DNA of 64,000 bases from Oscillospiraceae bacterium. GTDB lineage: Bacteria; Bacillota; Clostridia; UBA1212. Position numbers and translations under genes: made by a program. Location: the NCBI GenBank assembly GCA_015069195.1, contig SVJA01000003.1, positions 129,838-193,837 of the forward strand. Reading direction: 5' to 3'. The notes beneath the pieces are model-generated. The model ran no database searches. It had not been told where the DNA came from and saw only the letters and a list, made by a program, of their open reading frames with translations. Positions 10,608-21,239 of this stretch are shown here, in pieces; the stretch's first letter is position 1; the number at the start of each line of letters is the position of its first letter.

Positions 10608-11999
10608 ATGGGTATATTACAGATTTTTAAGAATTCATTTAAAGTTCCTGAATTACGTAAGAAACTTTTTATGACACTTGTTCTTATTCTCATATTCAGA
10701 ATCGGATGCTTTATTCCCGTGCCGGGTCTCAGTGAATCGGCATTGAGCTCACTTGCAGGTAGCGGATTGTTCCAGTTTATGGATATACTTTCCGGTGGTG
10801 CGTTTGAAAACGTATCAATCTTTGCAATGGGTATTTCACCGTACATCAACGCTTCTATCATTATGCAGCTTCTCACTGTTGCTATTCCTTACTTTGAAAG
10901 ACTTCAGAAGGAAGGCGGAGAAGGCAGAAAGAAGATAAACAAGATTACAAGATATGTTACTGTAGGTCTTGCGATTTTCCAGGGTGTTATGCTTTATATA
11001 AATCTTAACAACTCAGGCAGCGCATTCACAGAAGGTCTCGGAACAGGCAAAGCTGCAACAGTATTGCTTTTCTTGACAATTTTGTTCTCGTTCACTGCAG
11101 GTACAGCCATTCTTACATGGCTTGGTGAAAAGATTACAGAAGTGGGTATCGGAAACGGTATCTCGATGATTATCTTTGCCGGTATCATTTCAAGACTTCC
11201 GGATGCTATCAAAACTTTCATCAGCATTATTGTTTACGGTAGCACAACATGGGGTGTTGATTACAAAGATGCAGATGCTGCTTCAAAGATTTCTGACAAG
11301 CTTTATGTTACAATTCCGTTTATCGTAGCGGTAGTACTTGTATTCCTTGCCGTTATCGTAGCAGTTGTTTGGATGGACGGCGGTGAGAGAAGACTCCCCG
11401 TACAGTATGCGAAGAGAGTTGTAGGTCGTAAAATGCTCGGCGGACAGAGCACACACATTCCGCTCAAGGTTAACTCTTCCGGAGTTCTTCCGATTATTTT
11501 CGCTATGTCACTCCTTCAGTTCCCTGTAACTATTGCTTCATTTATCAATGCAAACAGCGGAATCACAAAATCATTAAATGATTTTACAGGCACATGGTGG
11601 TATTTGATAATATATGCAGCATTGATCGTAGGCTTTACATTCTTCTATAATATTGTTTACTTTGATCCTAATGAGATAGCAAACAATCTTAAGAATAACG
11701 GTGGTATGATCATGGGTGCAAGTCTCCGTCCCGGAAAACCCACTGCAGATTATATCAAAGGTATTTCTACAAGAATTACTTGGTTTGGTGCATTCTTCCT
11801 TGCAGTTCTCGCAGTATTGCCGAGCTTGATTCAGAAGATTATTGCACTGTTCAGTCCGAGCCTCGGAAACTTCAATATGTGGTTCGGCGGCACTTCAGTG
11901 CTTATCGTTGTAGGTGTTGCAATAGAGACTGTAAGACAGCTCGAAGCTCAGCTTCTTATGAGACACTACAAAGGCGGAAAAGGCGGATTCTTGGATTAA
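10608..11999 (+). CDS. secY: preprotein translocase subunit SecY
   Basis: 10-TM SecY sequence; canonical position after rplO. Confidence 0.96.
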   Translation: MGILQIFKNSFKVPELRKKLFMTLVLILIFRIGCFIPVPGLSESALSSLAGSGLFQFMDILSGGAFENVSIFAMGISPYINASIIMQLLTVAIPYFERLQKEGGEGRKKINKITRYVTVGLAIFQGVMLYINLNNSGSAFTEGLGTGKAATVLLFLTILFSFTAGTAILTWLGEKITEVGIGNGISMIIFAGIISRLPDAIKTFISIIVYGSTTWGVDYKDADAASKISDKLYVTIPFIVAVVLVFLAVIVAVVWMDGGERRLPVQYAKRVVGRKMLGGQSTHIPLKVNSSGVLPIIFAMSLLQFPVTIASFINANSGITKSLNDFTGTWWYLIIYAALIVGFTFFYNIVYFDPNEIANNLKNNGGMIMGASLRPGKPTADYIKGISTRITWFGAFFLAVLAVLPSLIQKIIALFSPSLGNFNMWFGGTSVLIVVGVAIETVRQLEAQLLMRHYKGGKGGFLD

Positions 12000-12168
12000 T
12001 GAGAATTGCTTTTTAGGCAAAATACTTGAAATAGTTTGACTGCGATTGGCTCAGAGTGTGCGCTCTGAGCCGGTCGCACTAACTTGTTTAAAAGACAGTA
12101 ATTATTTTTAACAGATTTTTACCGGGTCGGCATTATAGCTCCGGTTAAATTAGAAAGGACGTTTAATT

Positions 12169-12810
12169 ATGAACTTAATGTTACTCGGCGCTCCCGGTGC
12201 GGGCAAAGGCACACAGGCTGTAGAGCTTGCTAAACTTCTCGGCATTCCCCAGGTTTCTACAGGTGATATATTCCGCGCGAATATAAAAGGAAATACAGAG
12301 CTCGGCAAACTTGCAAGTTCTTACATATCTAAAGGAATGCTTGTTCCGGATGAGGTTACTTTCGATATCGTAAAGGACAGACTTCTTCAGGATGATTGCA
12401 AAAACGGTGTAATCCTTGACGGTTTCCCGAGAACTATTGCTCAGGCAGATATGCTTGACAAATTCTTTGCAGAGATCGGTCGTAAACTCGACTATGTTGT
12501 AAATATTGTTGTTGATGATGCAGCTGTTGTTGCAAGACTCTCAAGAAGAAGAATCTGCCCCGATTGTAAGCAGAGCTTCCACCTTGACTTTGCACCTCCT
12601 GCAGGCGAAAAATGTACAAATTGCGGAGGTACTGTTGTACAGCGTCCCGATGATGTTGAGGAAGTTATTATGCAGAGACTTCAGGAATATCACAAACAGA
12701 CAGCTCCGCTTGTGGAGTATTACAAAGAAAAAGGAATTCTTGTTGATTCAGAGAGTGTAAACGATATCGAGCAGGCTCTTCAGAACACAAAGAATGCTAT
12801 CGGAGTTTGA
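12169..12810 (+). CDS. adk: adenylate kinase (zinc-binding LID, CPDC...CTNC)
   Basis: GAPGAGKGTQ P-loop, Cys4 LID. Confidence 0.95.
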   Translation: MNLMLLGAPGAGKGTQAVELAKLLGIPQVSTGDIFRANIKGNTELGKLASSYISKGMLVPDEVTFDIVKDRLLQDDCKNGVILDGFPRTIAQADMLDKFFAEIGRKLDYVVNIVVDDAAVVARLSRRRICPDCKQSFHLDFAPPAGEKCTNCGGTVVQRPDDVEEVIMQRLQEYHKQTAPLVEYYKEKGILVDSESVNDIEQALQNTKNAIGV

Positions 12811-12816
12811 TTTTAA

Positions 12817-13581
12817 ATGTTAAATATTAAATCAAAACATGAAATTGAATTGATGAAATCAGCAGGCAAAATTGTCGGTGAACTTTTAAATATTCTCGAA
12901 GAAAAAATAGTTCCGGGAATAACGACAAAAGAACTTGACATAATTGCCGAAAAATATATAATAGAGTGTGGCGCGTTTCCATCCTTTAAAGGATTTCCGG
13001 GACATGGTAGTGCTCCTGATTTTCCGGCGAGTATCTGTTCGTCGGTAAATGATGAGGTCATTCATGGCATTCCGGGAAGCCGTGTTTTGCACGACGGAGA
13101 TATTATAAGTATTGATGTCGGTGCATGTTATAAAGGATATCACGGAGATGCCGCCAGGACTTTCGGCGTGGGCAAGTGTTCATCTGAGGCGTCGCGGCTG
13201 ATCACCGTTACAAGGGACAGTTTCTTCAAAGGTGTTGAGAAGGCTGTCGCGGGTAACAGAGTGATAGATGTGTCAGGTGCTATACAAGATCATGTTGAGT
13301 CCAACGGTTTCTCACTTGTACGTGAGTTCACAGGTCACGGTATCGGAAGAGGTCTTCATGAGGAGCCCGAGGTACCGAACTATCGCGGACGCGTTCGCGG
13401 AATAAGATTTATACCGGGAGTTGCGATTGCCGTAGAGCCTATGGTGAATGCCGGAGGCACAGGGATATATGTTGCACGTGACGGTTGGACTGTGAAGACA
13501 AGTGACAAAAGCTTATCGGCACATTATGAGAACACTATCATAGTGACGGACGGTGAGCCGATTATAACCACACTTGTGTAA
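12817..13581 (+). CDS. map: type I methionine aminopeptidase
   Basis: MetAP metal-binding motifs. Confidence 0.94.
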   Translation: MLNIKSKHEIELMKSAGKIVGELLNILEEKIVPGITTKELDIIAEKYIIECGAFPSFKGFPGHGSAPDFPASICSSVNDEVIHGIPGSRVLHDGDIISIDVGACYKGYHGDAARTFGVGKCSSEASRLITVTRDSFFKGVEKAVAGNRVIDVSGAIQDHVESNGFSLVREFTGHGIGRGLHEEPEVPNYRGRVRGIRFIPGVAIAVEPMVNAGGTGIYVARDGWTVKTSDKSLSAHYENTIIVTDGEPIITTLV

Positions 13582-13632
13582 GCTGTTTCTGGGAAGAAAT
13601 CAGCAGGTTAAGAAAAAACAGGAGGTTTGATT

Positions 13633-13848
13633 GTGTCTAAAGAAGATGTAATCGAAGTGGAGGGTGTTGTTACCGAAGTATTGCCAAACTGCATTTTCAA
13701 AGTTACTTTGGAAAACGGTCACGTAGTGACATCGCACATTTCAGGCAAACTCAGAACAAACTATATCAAGATTCTTCCGGGCGATCGTGTAGCTCTTGAG
13801 TTATCACCTTACGATCTTGACAGAGGCAGAATTACATGGAGAAAGTAA
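13633..13848 (+). CDS. infA: translation initiation factor IF-1
   Basis: GTG 13633 after GGAGG gives [11 protein letters not shown]... Confidence 0.92.
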   Translation: MSKEDVIEVEGVVTEVLPNCIFKVTLENGHVVTSHISGKLRTNYIKILPGDRVALELSPYDLDRGRITWRK

Positions 13849-13910
13849 TCCGGCGGCTGATTTATACGGATTACGGTTATTGTTTTATATGTGTTTAAGG
13901 AGGAACTATC

Positions 13911-14027
13911 ATGAAAGTAAGACCGTCAGTAAAGCCTATTTGCGATAAGTGCAAGGTAATTAAAAGACACGGTAAAGTAATGGTAATTTGCGATGCTTAT
14001 CCGAAGCATAAGCAGAGACAGGGCTAA
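13911..14027 (+). CDS. rpmJ: 50S ribosomal protein L36 (38 aa, C-type zinc ribbon)
   Basis: [38 protein letters not shown] after AAGGAGG. Confidence 0.9.
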   Translation: MKVRPSVKPICDKCKVIKRHGKVMVICDAYPKHKQRQG

Positions 14028-14206
14028 TATCCTATCTTGTTGAGGAGTTATTTCCTGTAAAAAGTATCATGTCAGAATGCGGCTGCGCATAAAAGTATTT
14101 TCACTGCTTTAGATGCGAATTTTGATATGTTTATTATATTGCAATTTTTTCCGGCGACCTTTTAGTTTGGTCGCAAAGTGGTTTATATTTTTGGAGGTGT
14201 AAAAAC

Positions 14207-14575
14207 ATGGCGCGTATTGCAGGTGTTGACTTGCCGAGAGAAAAGCGTGTTGAGATCGGACTTACCTATATTTACGGTATAGGCAGAACTTCTTCTGCTA
14301 AGATTCTTGAGAAGACAGGAATCAGTCCAGATACCAGAGTCAAGGATTTGACAGATGATGAAGTAAATATGTTGAGAGACGTAATAGACAAAGAGTATGT
14401 TGTTGAGGGTGATGTACGTAGAGAAGTTGCTCTTAATATCAAGCGTCTCATGGAAATTGGTTGCTACAGAGGCAGACGTCACAAAGTCGGACTTCCTGTA
14501 AGAGGTCAGAGAACTAAGACAAATGCAAGAACAAGAAAAGGTCCTTGCAAGACTGTAGCAGGAAAGAAGAAATAA
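14207..14575 (+). CDS. rpsM: 30S ribosomal protein S13
   Basis: S13 family. Confidence 0.96.
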   Translation: MARIAGVDLPREKRVEIGLTYIYGIGRTSSAKILEKTGISPDTRVKDLTDDEVNMLRDVIDKEYVVEGDVRREVALNIKRLMEIGCYRGRRHKVGLPVRGQRTKTNARTRKGPCKTVAGKKK

Positions 14576-14590
14576 GTTGGAGGTTTGATT

Positions 14591-14989
14591 ATGGCTGTTA
14601 AAGGCAAAAAAGTTGTAAGAGGTAAGCGCAGAGAGCGCAAAAACGTTGAACACGGTGCTGCACACATCCGTTCAAGCTTCAATAACACTATCGTAACTAT
14701 TACTGACAAGAACGGTAATGCATTGTCTTGGGCAAGTGCAGGCGGACTTGGCTTCAGAGGTTCTAAGAAGAGCACTCCTTTTGCTGCTCAGTCAGCTGCA
14801 GAGACAGCTGCTAAGGCTGCTATGGAGTACGGTCTTAAGGACGTAGAAGTTTATGTAAGAGGTCCCGGAGCAGGTCGTGAATCTGCTATCAGAGCTTTGC
14901 AGAGCGCAGGACTTGAAGTTCTTCTTATTAAGGACGAGACTCCTATTCCGCACAACGGATGCAGACCGCCTAAAAGAAGACGTGTTTAA
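14591..14989 (+). CDS. rpsK: 30S ribosomal protein S11
   Basis: ATG 14591 (MAVKGKKVV...). Confidence 0.95.
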   Translation: MAVKGKKVVRGKRRERKNVEHGAAHIRSSFNNTIVTITDKNGNALSWASAGGLGFRGSKKSTPFAAQSAAETAAKAAMEYGLKDVEVYVRGPGAGRESAIRALQSAGLEVLLIKDETPIPHNGCRPPKRRRV

Positions 14990-15010
14990 TCATTACTGGA
15001 GGTGTAACTA

Positions 15011-15637
15011 ATGGCAAGATATACAGGTGCATCATGTAGACTTTGCAGAAGAGAAGGAACAAAGCTTTTTCTTAAAGGTGCAAGATGTAGTTCAGATAAA
15101 TGTGCAGTGAGCAAGAGAACATCCGCTCCCGGTCAGCACGGACAGGGTAAGAAGAAACAGTCCGGATACGGTCTCCAGCTCAGAGAAAAGCAGAAAGCTA
15201 AAAGATATTACGGCGTACTCGAGAAACAGTTCAGAAACTATTTCGAGCTCGCAAGCAAAAAACAGGGTATCACCGGTGAAAACCTTTTGATACTCCTCGA
15301 GAGAAGACTTGACAACGTTGTTTACAGAATGGGTCTCGGTACTTCCAGAGCAGAAGCAAGACAGCTTGTAAGACACGGTCACTTCACTGTTAACGGCAAG
15401 AAAGTGAACATTCCTTCATATCTCGTATCTGCAGGTGATGTTGTTGCTGTATGTGAGAAGAGTGCTTCTATCGAACGTTTGAAAGTTATTCTTGATGACA
15501 CAAGCGGTCGTATTGTTCCGGCATGGATTGATTTTGACGCTGATAAGCTTACAGCAAATGTTAATGCATTGCCTGCTCGTGCAGACATTGATATTGATAT
15601 CGAAGAGCATCTTATCGTTGAGTTGTATAGCAAATAA
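15011..15637 (+). CDS. rpsD: 30S ribosomal protein S4
   Basis: S4 family incl. N-terminal Cys cluster. Confidence 0.95.
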   Translation: MARYTGASCRLCRREGTKLFLKGARCSSDKCAVSKRTSAPGQHGQGKKKQSGYGLQLREKQKAKRYYGVLEKQFRNYFELASKKQGITGENLLILLERRLDNVVYRMGLGTSRAEARQLVRHGHFTVNGKKVNIPSYLVSAGDVVAVCEKSASIERLKVILDDTSGRIVPAWIDFDADKLTANVNALPARADIDIDIEEHLIVELYSK

Positions 15638-15711
15638 TAATTTGTTTACAAACTTATTGATGGTAGTTAAGTTATTTTTTAGTGTTCAAGATATTCATGG
15701 AGGGATATATA

Positions 15712-16665
15712 GTGAATAATATTGAAAGACCTAGAAGAATAGAGTGTGTAGAGAACAGCGAGAACGGAAACTATTCCAGATTCGTAATAGAGCCTCTCGA
15801 AAGAGGATATGGTATCACTCTCGGAAACTCACTCAGAAGAGTTATGCTTTCGTCACTCCCGGGTGCTGCTGTAAAGTCGATAAAAATTGAAGGCGTGCGT
15901 CATGAGTTTTCAACTATCCCCGGTGTTGTTGAGGATGTTACAGAGATCGTTCTCAACATAAAGAAGGTTGCATTCAAGGTTTACGAAGGTACAACATGTA
16001 CTGTATCGATAAATACTTCCAAGCCCGGCGAAGTTACTGCTGCGGATATCGTTTGCGGATCCGAAGTATCAGTACTTAACAAAGATCAGCACATTGCTAC
16101 TCTTAACGGCGAATTTCCCCTTTCTATAGAAATGGAAGTAGCTATGGGTATCGGTTGGTCGTCTTCTGATAAGAACAAATCGGCAGATCAGCCCAACGGA
16201 GTTATATCGATTGATTCGATTTTCTCGCCTGTAAAGAAAGTTAACTATGTTGTAGAAAATACATTGGTTGGAAATGTAACGGACTATGACAAACTTTCTA
16301 TTGAGATATGGACTGACGGTTCTGTTTCACCTGAGGATGCTTTAAAGCAAGGTGCTCAGATACTCATTGAGCAGCTCAGCATTTTCGTGAACAAGACAGA
16401 TTCCGACGCAGAGTTCCAGGACGCTGCACAGGAAGAGAATGCATCCAATCAGGAGAAGATACTCGAAATGAGCATAGAAGAACTTGATCTTTCAGTCAGA
16501 TCTTTTAACTGTCTCAAGAGAGCATCTATTCACACTGTAGGTGATTTGGTTAAGAAGACCGAAGATGAAATGATGAAGGTTCGTAACCTTGGTAAGAAGT
16601 CTTTTGTTGAAATTCAGCACAAGCTTGAGGGTATGGGACTTTCTTTTAAGGACTCAAATAATTAA
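15712..16665 (+). CDS. rpoA: DNA-directed RNA polymerase subunit alpha
   Basis: GTG 15712 after GGAGGG; MNNIERPRRIE... RpoA N-terminus, alpha-CTD at C-terminus. Confidence 0.93.
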   Translation: MNNIERPRRIECVENSENGNYSRFVIEPLERGYGITLGNSLRRVMLSSLPGAAVKSIKIEGVRHEFSTIPGVVEDVTEIVLNIKKVAFKVYEGTTCTVSINTSKPGEVTAADIVCGSEVSVLNKDQHIATLNGEFPLSIEMEVAMGIGWSSSDKNKSADQPNGVISIDSIFSPVKKVNYVVENTLVGNVTDYDKLSIEIWTDGSVSPEDALKQGAQILIEQLSIFVNKTDSDAEFQDAAQEENASNQEKILEMSIEELDLSVRSFNCLKRASIHTVGDLVKKTEDEMMKVRNLGKKSFVEIQHKLEGMGLSFKDSNN

Positions 16666-16717
16666 TTGCAATTTACACAAGATTTATCGCGTAAATTTGT
16701 TAGGAGGTTTGTTGTAG

Positions 16718-17239
16718 ATGGGATATAGAAAACTTGGTGCTACTTCTGACAGAAGAAAAGCTATGCTCAGAGGTCTTGTAACTGCATTGCTCCAGAACGG
16801 TTCAATCGTTACAACTGAGACAAGAGCTAAAGAAGTACAGAGCATTGCAGAGCGCCTTATCGGTATCGCTGTTCGTGAGGCTGATAACTTCACTTCAAAG
16901 CAGAAAACCGTAAGTGCTGCTAAAACAAATTCAAAAGGTAAAGTATTGACTGTAGCCAAAACTTCAAAGAACGGCAGAAAGTACAATGTTGTTGAGCGTG
17001 AAGTTAAGACAGAGTTGGTAAGAGTTGACGATGCGTCAAGACTTGCTGCAAGAAAGCAGGCAATAGCTTGGATTTACAATGTAAAAGACGCTAAGGGCGA
17101 GAATGTTAACGTGGTTAACAAGCTTTTCGACGAGATCGCTCCCAAATATAAGGAGCGAAAAGGCGGATACACAAGAATCTATAAGACAGGTTGCCGTAGA
17201 GGCGATGCTGCTCCGATGGCAATTCTTGAGCTTGTATAA
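16718..17239 (+). CDS. rplQ: 50S ribosomal protein L17 (173 aa, internal ~50-aa insertion)
   Basis: Conserved L17 N- and C-terminal blocks flank a Lys/Ser/Thr-rich insert. Confidence 0.92.
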   Translation: MGYRKLGATSDRRKAMLRGLVTALLQNGSIVTTETRAKEVQSIAERLIGIAVREADNFTSKQKTVSAAKTNSKGKVLTVAKTSKNGRKYNVVEREVKTELVRVDDASRLAARKQAIAWIYNVKDAKGENVNVVNKLFDEIAPKYKERKGGYTRIYKTGCRRGDAAPMAILELV

Positions 17240-17275
17240 AGAACTAATTTGCTTTTGAAGATTTTATAAGAAATA

Positions 17276-17314
17276 CAGCCCGCAAATGTATTTATGCATT
17301 GCGGGCTGTTGGTC
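17276..17314 (+). terminator. intrinsic terminator after rplQ
   Basis: CAGCCCGCAA...TTGCGGGCTG stem + TTGGTCATATT. Confidence 0.55.
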
Positions 17315-17392
17315 ATATTAAATAGAATTCAGTTCAATATATGGTGTGTGTTTTGCATGATACAGAAAACCACACTATATATTGATTTTTTC

Positions 17393-17421
17393 TTTACGAC
17401 GGTAAATAAATTTGGTATAAT
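17393..17421 (+). promoter_or_regulatory. rnpB promoter with extended -10 (TGGTATAAT)
   Basis: TTTACG-17-TATAAT with TG at -15/-14. Confidence 0.5.
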
Positions 17422-17427
17422 CGGTAA

Positions 17428-17766
17428 GCAAGTAAGCTTGACGGTCGCGGGTATAAACCGAAAGGTCGTATCTGAGGAAAGTCCGGGCTCCGTAGGGCAA
17501 GGGTGCCGGGTAACACCCGGTGGAGGCAACTCTAAGGAAAGTGCAACAGAAAATTACCGCCGGTTTTGCCGGTAAGGATGAAAAGGCGAGGTAAGAGCTC
17601 ACCGCTGCTACGGTAACGCAGCAGGCTGTGTAAACCCCATCCGGAGCAACACCGCTATGGGACTATTGTTTGCCCGACAGTCTCTTTGGTGGCACGAATG
17701 CTGCAGTGATGCAGTGTCTAGATAGATGACCGTCCATTGACAGAACCCGGCTTACTGCTTGCTTGC
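17428..17766 (+). ncRNA. rnpB: RNase P RNA, bacterial type A
   Basis: GAGGAAAGTCCGGGCTCCGTAGGGCAAGGGTGCCGGGTAAC..., GGTAAGAGCTCACC, ACAGAACCCGGCTTA P4 strand; P1 ends pair; ends approximate. Confidence 0.85.
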
Positions 17767-17819
17767 ATTATACATGTTTGTAATTTTATATTATATAATT
17801 TCCGGAAGGAGCGTTACAT

Positions 17820-18275
17820 ATGAGATGTCCGTTTTGCGGTTATTTAGAAGATAAGGTAGTGGATTCGCGCCCTAATGATGAGGGCGTAGTTATCAGAAGA
17901 CGCCGTGAGTGTCTTGGTTGCGGTGAGAGATTTACTACTTATGAGAAAGTTGAAACCATGCAGCTTATAGTCATAAAAAAGGACGGTACAAGAGAGACTT
18001 TTGACAGAGACAAGCTTATGAGCGGTGTTGTTAAGTCGTGTGAAAAAAGACCTGTTTCTATTGAGCAAATGGAAGAGCTTGTTGACGATATCGAGAAGCA
18101 GCTTCTGAACACAATGCGCAAAGAGGTTACATCGTCTGAGATCGGTGAGATTTTGATGGAAAGACTTAAAGATCTCGATCAGGTAGCATATGTAAGATTT
18201 GCTTCTGTATACAAAGAGTTCAAAGATGTAGATACATTTATGGAAGAACTCAAAAAGATTATTAAAAAGAAATAA
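17820..18275 (+). CDS. nrdR: transcriptional repressor NrdR
   Basis: Zn-ribbon CPFC...CLGC + ATP-cone. Confidence 0.93.
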   Translation: MRCPFCGYLEDKVVDSRPNDEGVVIRRRRECLGCGERFTTYEKVETMQLIVIKKDGTRETFDRDKLMSGVVKSCEKRPVSIEQMEELVDDIEKQLLNTMRKEVTSSEIGEILMERLKDLDQVAYVRFASVYKEFKDVDTFMEELKKIIKKK

Positions 18276-18299
18276 TTCTAAATTATGAAAGATAAAATA

Positions 18300-18334
18300 A
18301 AGCGCCCGCGGCTAATGCCCCGGGCGCTTTTGTA
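18300..18334. terminator. bidirectional intrinsic terminator between convergent nrdR and ltaS-like gene
   Basis: GCGCCCG...CGGGCGC + TTTTG. Confidence 0.6.
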
Positions 18335-18344
18335 ATATTGTTGA

Positions 18345-20759
18345 TTATTGGTTAAATCGATAAGCTGCGCTTTCATAGAATGTACCGCCGCCTTTTTCTC
18401 CGATGACTCGGAGTGTTATGATATCCATTTCGCTAAAACCGTCGCTGTAGCCTTTTAAAATGGCGTTTTCTGCGTCCGTATAGGTTAAGTCGTAAACTTT
18501 GCCGTTTATTACGATGACGCAGTTTTCGGTCAGATTTTGACCTTTTATCAAATATTCGTCAGTGCCACTTCCAGAGGGCGTAATGGAGTCGATTTTGATT
18601 TCGTTGAGACCGATTTTGTATTCGTTTGTATATTTATCATGATTGCATTCCTCAAAGAGCAGATAGTGTTGGAGAATAGCATACTTTTCAAGATAATCGG
18701 TCTGATCATTATAAAGCTTATGGAATTTGTTCATAAGAGTTCCGTTGATGGATATTTCATCGCAGAGGAATGTAGAAAGATTAAACAATTCCATATCCAT
18801 ATCGGATTTCTTTTCGATACCGAGGTTATTCCATGTGAAGAACTGCGATGTGAACTTCTGGTTATCATCCATTGCCTCGACACCGTAAAAGAGTGACGGC
18901 AGATGATCGGAGTAGAAGAGCACATATGTGGGTTCGTTTCTTTCTTCAAGGTACTTTACGAGATCCTGAATGACCTTGTCGAATAACTCGAGTTGGCTGA
19001 GGTAATATTCTACACGAGCCTCTAGTTTTTCGTCTTCGAAGTTTTCCATAACGAGCGGATATTCGCCGTCGTAAGGATTGTATTTCCCGTGGAGCTGAAC
19101 ACTGACGGTGAATATAAAATCATTCCCCTCGGTGCTGTTTAATACTTTGTCGATTTCTGTAATGAGAATCTGATCATTAGCCCAGATTGCCCCTTCTCTT
19201 TTTTCGACGCCCGGCATCATTTCGTAAGGAATAAATGTGTTAAATCCGAGTTTGTCGTAAACTTTGTCTCTGTCGAAAAATTCACCCTGGTACGAGTGGA
19301 TGGCAGTTGTAGAATACCCAAGCTCTTCAAAACGACGTGCAAGGCTGTCTACGCTGTTTTCGTAAAGGTGTGTAACATACGGATTGTAGCCGTTGGGAAG
19401 GAAATCCATATTAAGACCTGTGAGAAACTCGAATTCGCTTTTAACAGTCTGACCTCCGAATATCGGTACATCAATGGTTCCGGATGTGTTTTCTGCAATA
19501 AGACTTCTTATATAGGGCATAGGATCGCGCTCAAAGACAAGATCCGGATATGCGTTCTTAAAGAGATACGGATCACAGAATGATTCGAGCTGGATAACAA
19601 TGACATTCTGAACTTCTTTAGAGTCAGTAACCGGCTTGTAGTCATTTTTTACATCTTCGATTATTTCGCCAGCTGTTTCGGACGAATAACCTACAGGCTC
19701 GGTAACTGTAGAGTTGAGTACATAGTTGAAGAAACTGAAAATAAATCCGTTTGTATGGTAGGTTGCTCTTACATATTTGTTTTGTGTGTTTGTGTATGAA
19801 AGACCTCTGACCCCGAAGAATGATGTGACGGACACAATAACAACAACAAATGAGAGTAAAAGATTTGTGAGTTTAAAGGGCACTTTTTGTTCTTTTTTTG
19901 CGAGGGAAACTATTACGGCGATAAGTAAAATCACTCCGGTAACAGTGAGTATAAATGTGCCTACGGATATATACTTTCCTGCTGCGGCAAGACCTTCGGA
20001 AATATTAAATACGTCAAGTAATAAAACAGGCTCGTAAACGTTGCTGGATTTGAGATAGCTTATGATTGCAATTATTATCCAGAAAGCCGAACAAAGTGAG
20101 AATGTCAGCTTTTTTCTTCGTACAAACATTACAAAGAATGAGCACACGAAAAATACAAGAATATTGTTTGCAAAGTAGTCAGGGTTATTGAAAAATGATA
20201 CGAATGCTTTGTGGAGATTCAGGAACGGCAGTGATGTGTTGAGAAGCTGTATGATTTCCATAATCAATACTACAATTGCATAGGAGTAGAGCCACTTGCA
20301 CATAGAAGTATAGAACTTTTTGTATCTGTCGTTTTGTACTTTGTCCTTTTCGTAGAAAAAGAATACAACCGCAATCATTGCACCAATAAGTGCTACCGCC
20401 AAAACTCCCCACCATTTAAAACCGGAAACAAATGTGAGCCAGGTAAGCCAGATCGTCGCACCGATTGAAAAAACGGTCTTTCGCCTGTCGAAAATAAAAG
20501 ACGGCAGCACAAACAATAAAAGGATTACGCTACGCGGTATAATATTGAATAAAACGCGTGGAAAATCGCTGCTGACATCGGTTGTCCACGGTGTGACAAA
20601 TAATGAAACAGCAGACAACAATACTATAGCCATAAACCAAGGCAATATATATTTAGCATTTTCCTTAGCATAACAATAAAGTTCCGAAAAACCTTCTTTA
20701 AATGATTTTTTTATGCGAACCGACAATTTTTCTTTTTCGGCTGAAGAAACCCTTTTCAT
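18345..20759 (-). CDS. LTA-synthase (LtaS)/sulfatase-family membrane protein, 804 aa, extended polytopic N-terminus and extra C-terminal domain
   Basis: NVIVIQLESF motif and sulfatase fold residues; ~10 predicted TM helices at N-terminus. Confidence 0.8.
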   Translation of the reverse strand: MKRVSSAEKEKLSVRIKKSFKEGFSELYCYAKENAKYILPWFMAIVLLSAVSLFVTPWTTDVSSDFPRVLFNIIPRSVILLLFVLPSFIFDRRKTVFSIGATIWLTWLTFVSGFKWWGVLAVALIGAMIAVVFFFYEKDKVQNDRYKKFYTSMCKWLYSYAIVVLIMEIIQLLNTSLPFLNLHKAFVSFFNNPDYFANNILVFFVCSFFVMFVRRKKLTFSLCSAFWIIIAIISYLKSSNVYEPVLLLDVFNISEGLAAAGKYISVGTFILTVTGVILLIAVIVSLAKKEQKVPFKLTNLLLSFVVVIVSVTSFFGVRGLSYTNTQNKYVRATYHTNGFIFSFFNYVLNSTVTEPVGYSSETAGEIIEDVKNDYKPVTDSKEVQNVIVIQLESFCDPYLFKNAYPDLVFERDPMPYIRSLIAENTSGTIDVPIFGGQTVKSEFEFLTGLNMDFLPNGYNPYVTHLYENSVDSLARRFEELGYSTTAIHSYQGEFFDRDKVYDKLGFNTFIPYEMMPGVEKREGAIWANDQILITEIDKVLNSTEGNDFIFTVSVQLHGKYNPYDGEYPLVMENFEDEKLEARVEYYLSQLELFDKVIQDLVKYLEERNEPTYVLFYSDHLPSLFYGVEAMDDNQKFTSQFFTWNNLGIEKKSDMDMELFNLSTFLCDEISINGTLMNKFHKLYNDQTDYLEKYAILQHYLLFEECNHDKYTNEYKIGLNEIKIDSITPSGSGTDEYLIKGQNLTENCVIVINGKVYDLTYTDAENAILKGYSDGFSEMDIITLRVIGEKGGGTFYESAAYRFNQ

Positions 20760-20955
20760 ATCTTACATCTCTTTTCGTGATAATAGAAATCAAAACACGG
20801 ATATTATACCACATATAAACAGAGCGATAAAGAAAATAATATGTTAAATTTTTCTGTGAATTGTAATTGGAAAATATATTATCTTGACTTTAATTTTGAT
20901 AATGGTAAAATAGTTTCGATGTTTATGCAGACCAATTGATATGGAGGTGTTATAA

Positions 20956-21126
20956 ATGGCTTATAAAATTACTGATGATTGCATCGCGTGCGGCGCATGT
21001 GCAGGTGAGTGTCCTGTTGAGTGCATTACTGAGGGCGAAGGCAAATATGTTATCGACGCTGATGTTTGCATCGAGTGTGGTTCATGTGCAGGTGTTTGTC
21101 CTGTAGGAGCACCGGTTCAGGACTAA
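20956..21126 (+). CDS. 2x[4Fe-4S] ferredoxin (56 aa)
   Basis: Two CxxCxxCxxxCP motifs; ATG 20956 after GGAGG. Confidence 0.85.
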   Translation: MAYKITDDCIACGACAGECPVECITEGEGKYVIDADVCIECGSCAGVCPVGAPVQD

Positions 21127-21163
21127 TCAACCTATAATACATATTGATTAGAGATTTAGAAAA

Positions 21164-21215
21164 TACCTCTGCTTTGTATTGTTTTATGATTACCGAAGCA
21201 GAGGTGTTTTGCGTT
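21164..21215 (+). terminator. intrinsic terminator after ferredoxin
   Basis: ACCTCTGCTT...AAGCAGAGGT + GTTTTG. Confidence 0.55.
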
Positions 21216-21239
21216 AAAAATAGAATTTTGTAAAAAGTT

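Noticed and set aside
17294-17602. Three ORFs (93, 66, 75 aa) between rplQ and nrdR
   Set aside because: They lie entirely inside the RNase P RNA gene. They have no RBS and do not look like proteins.
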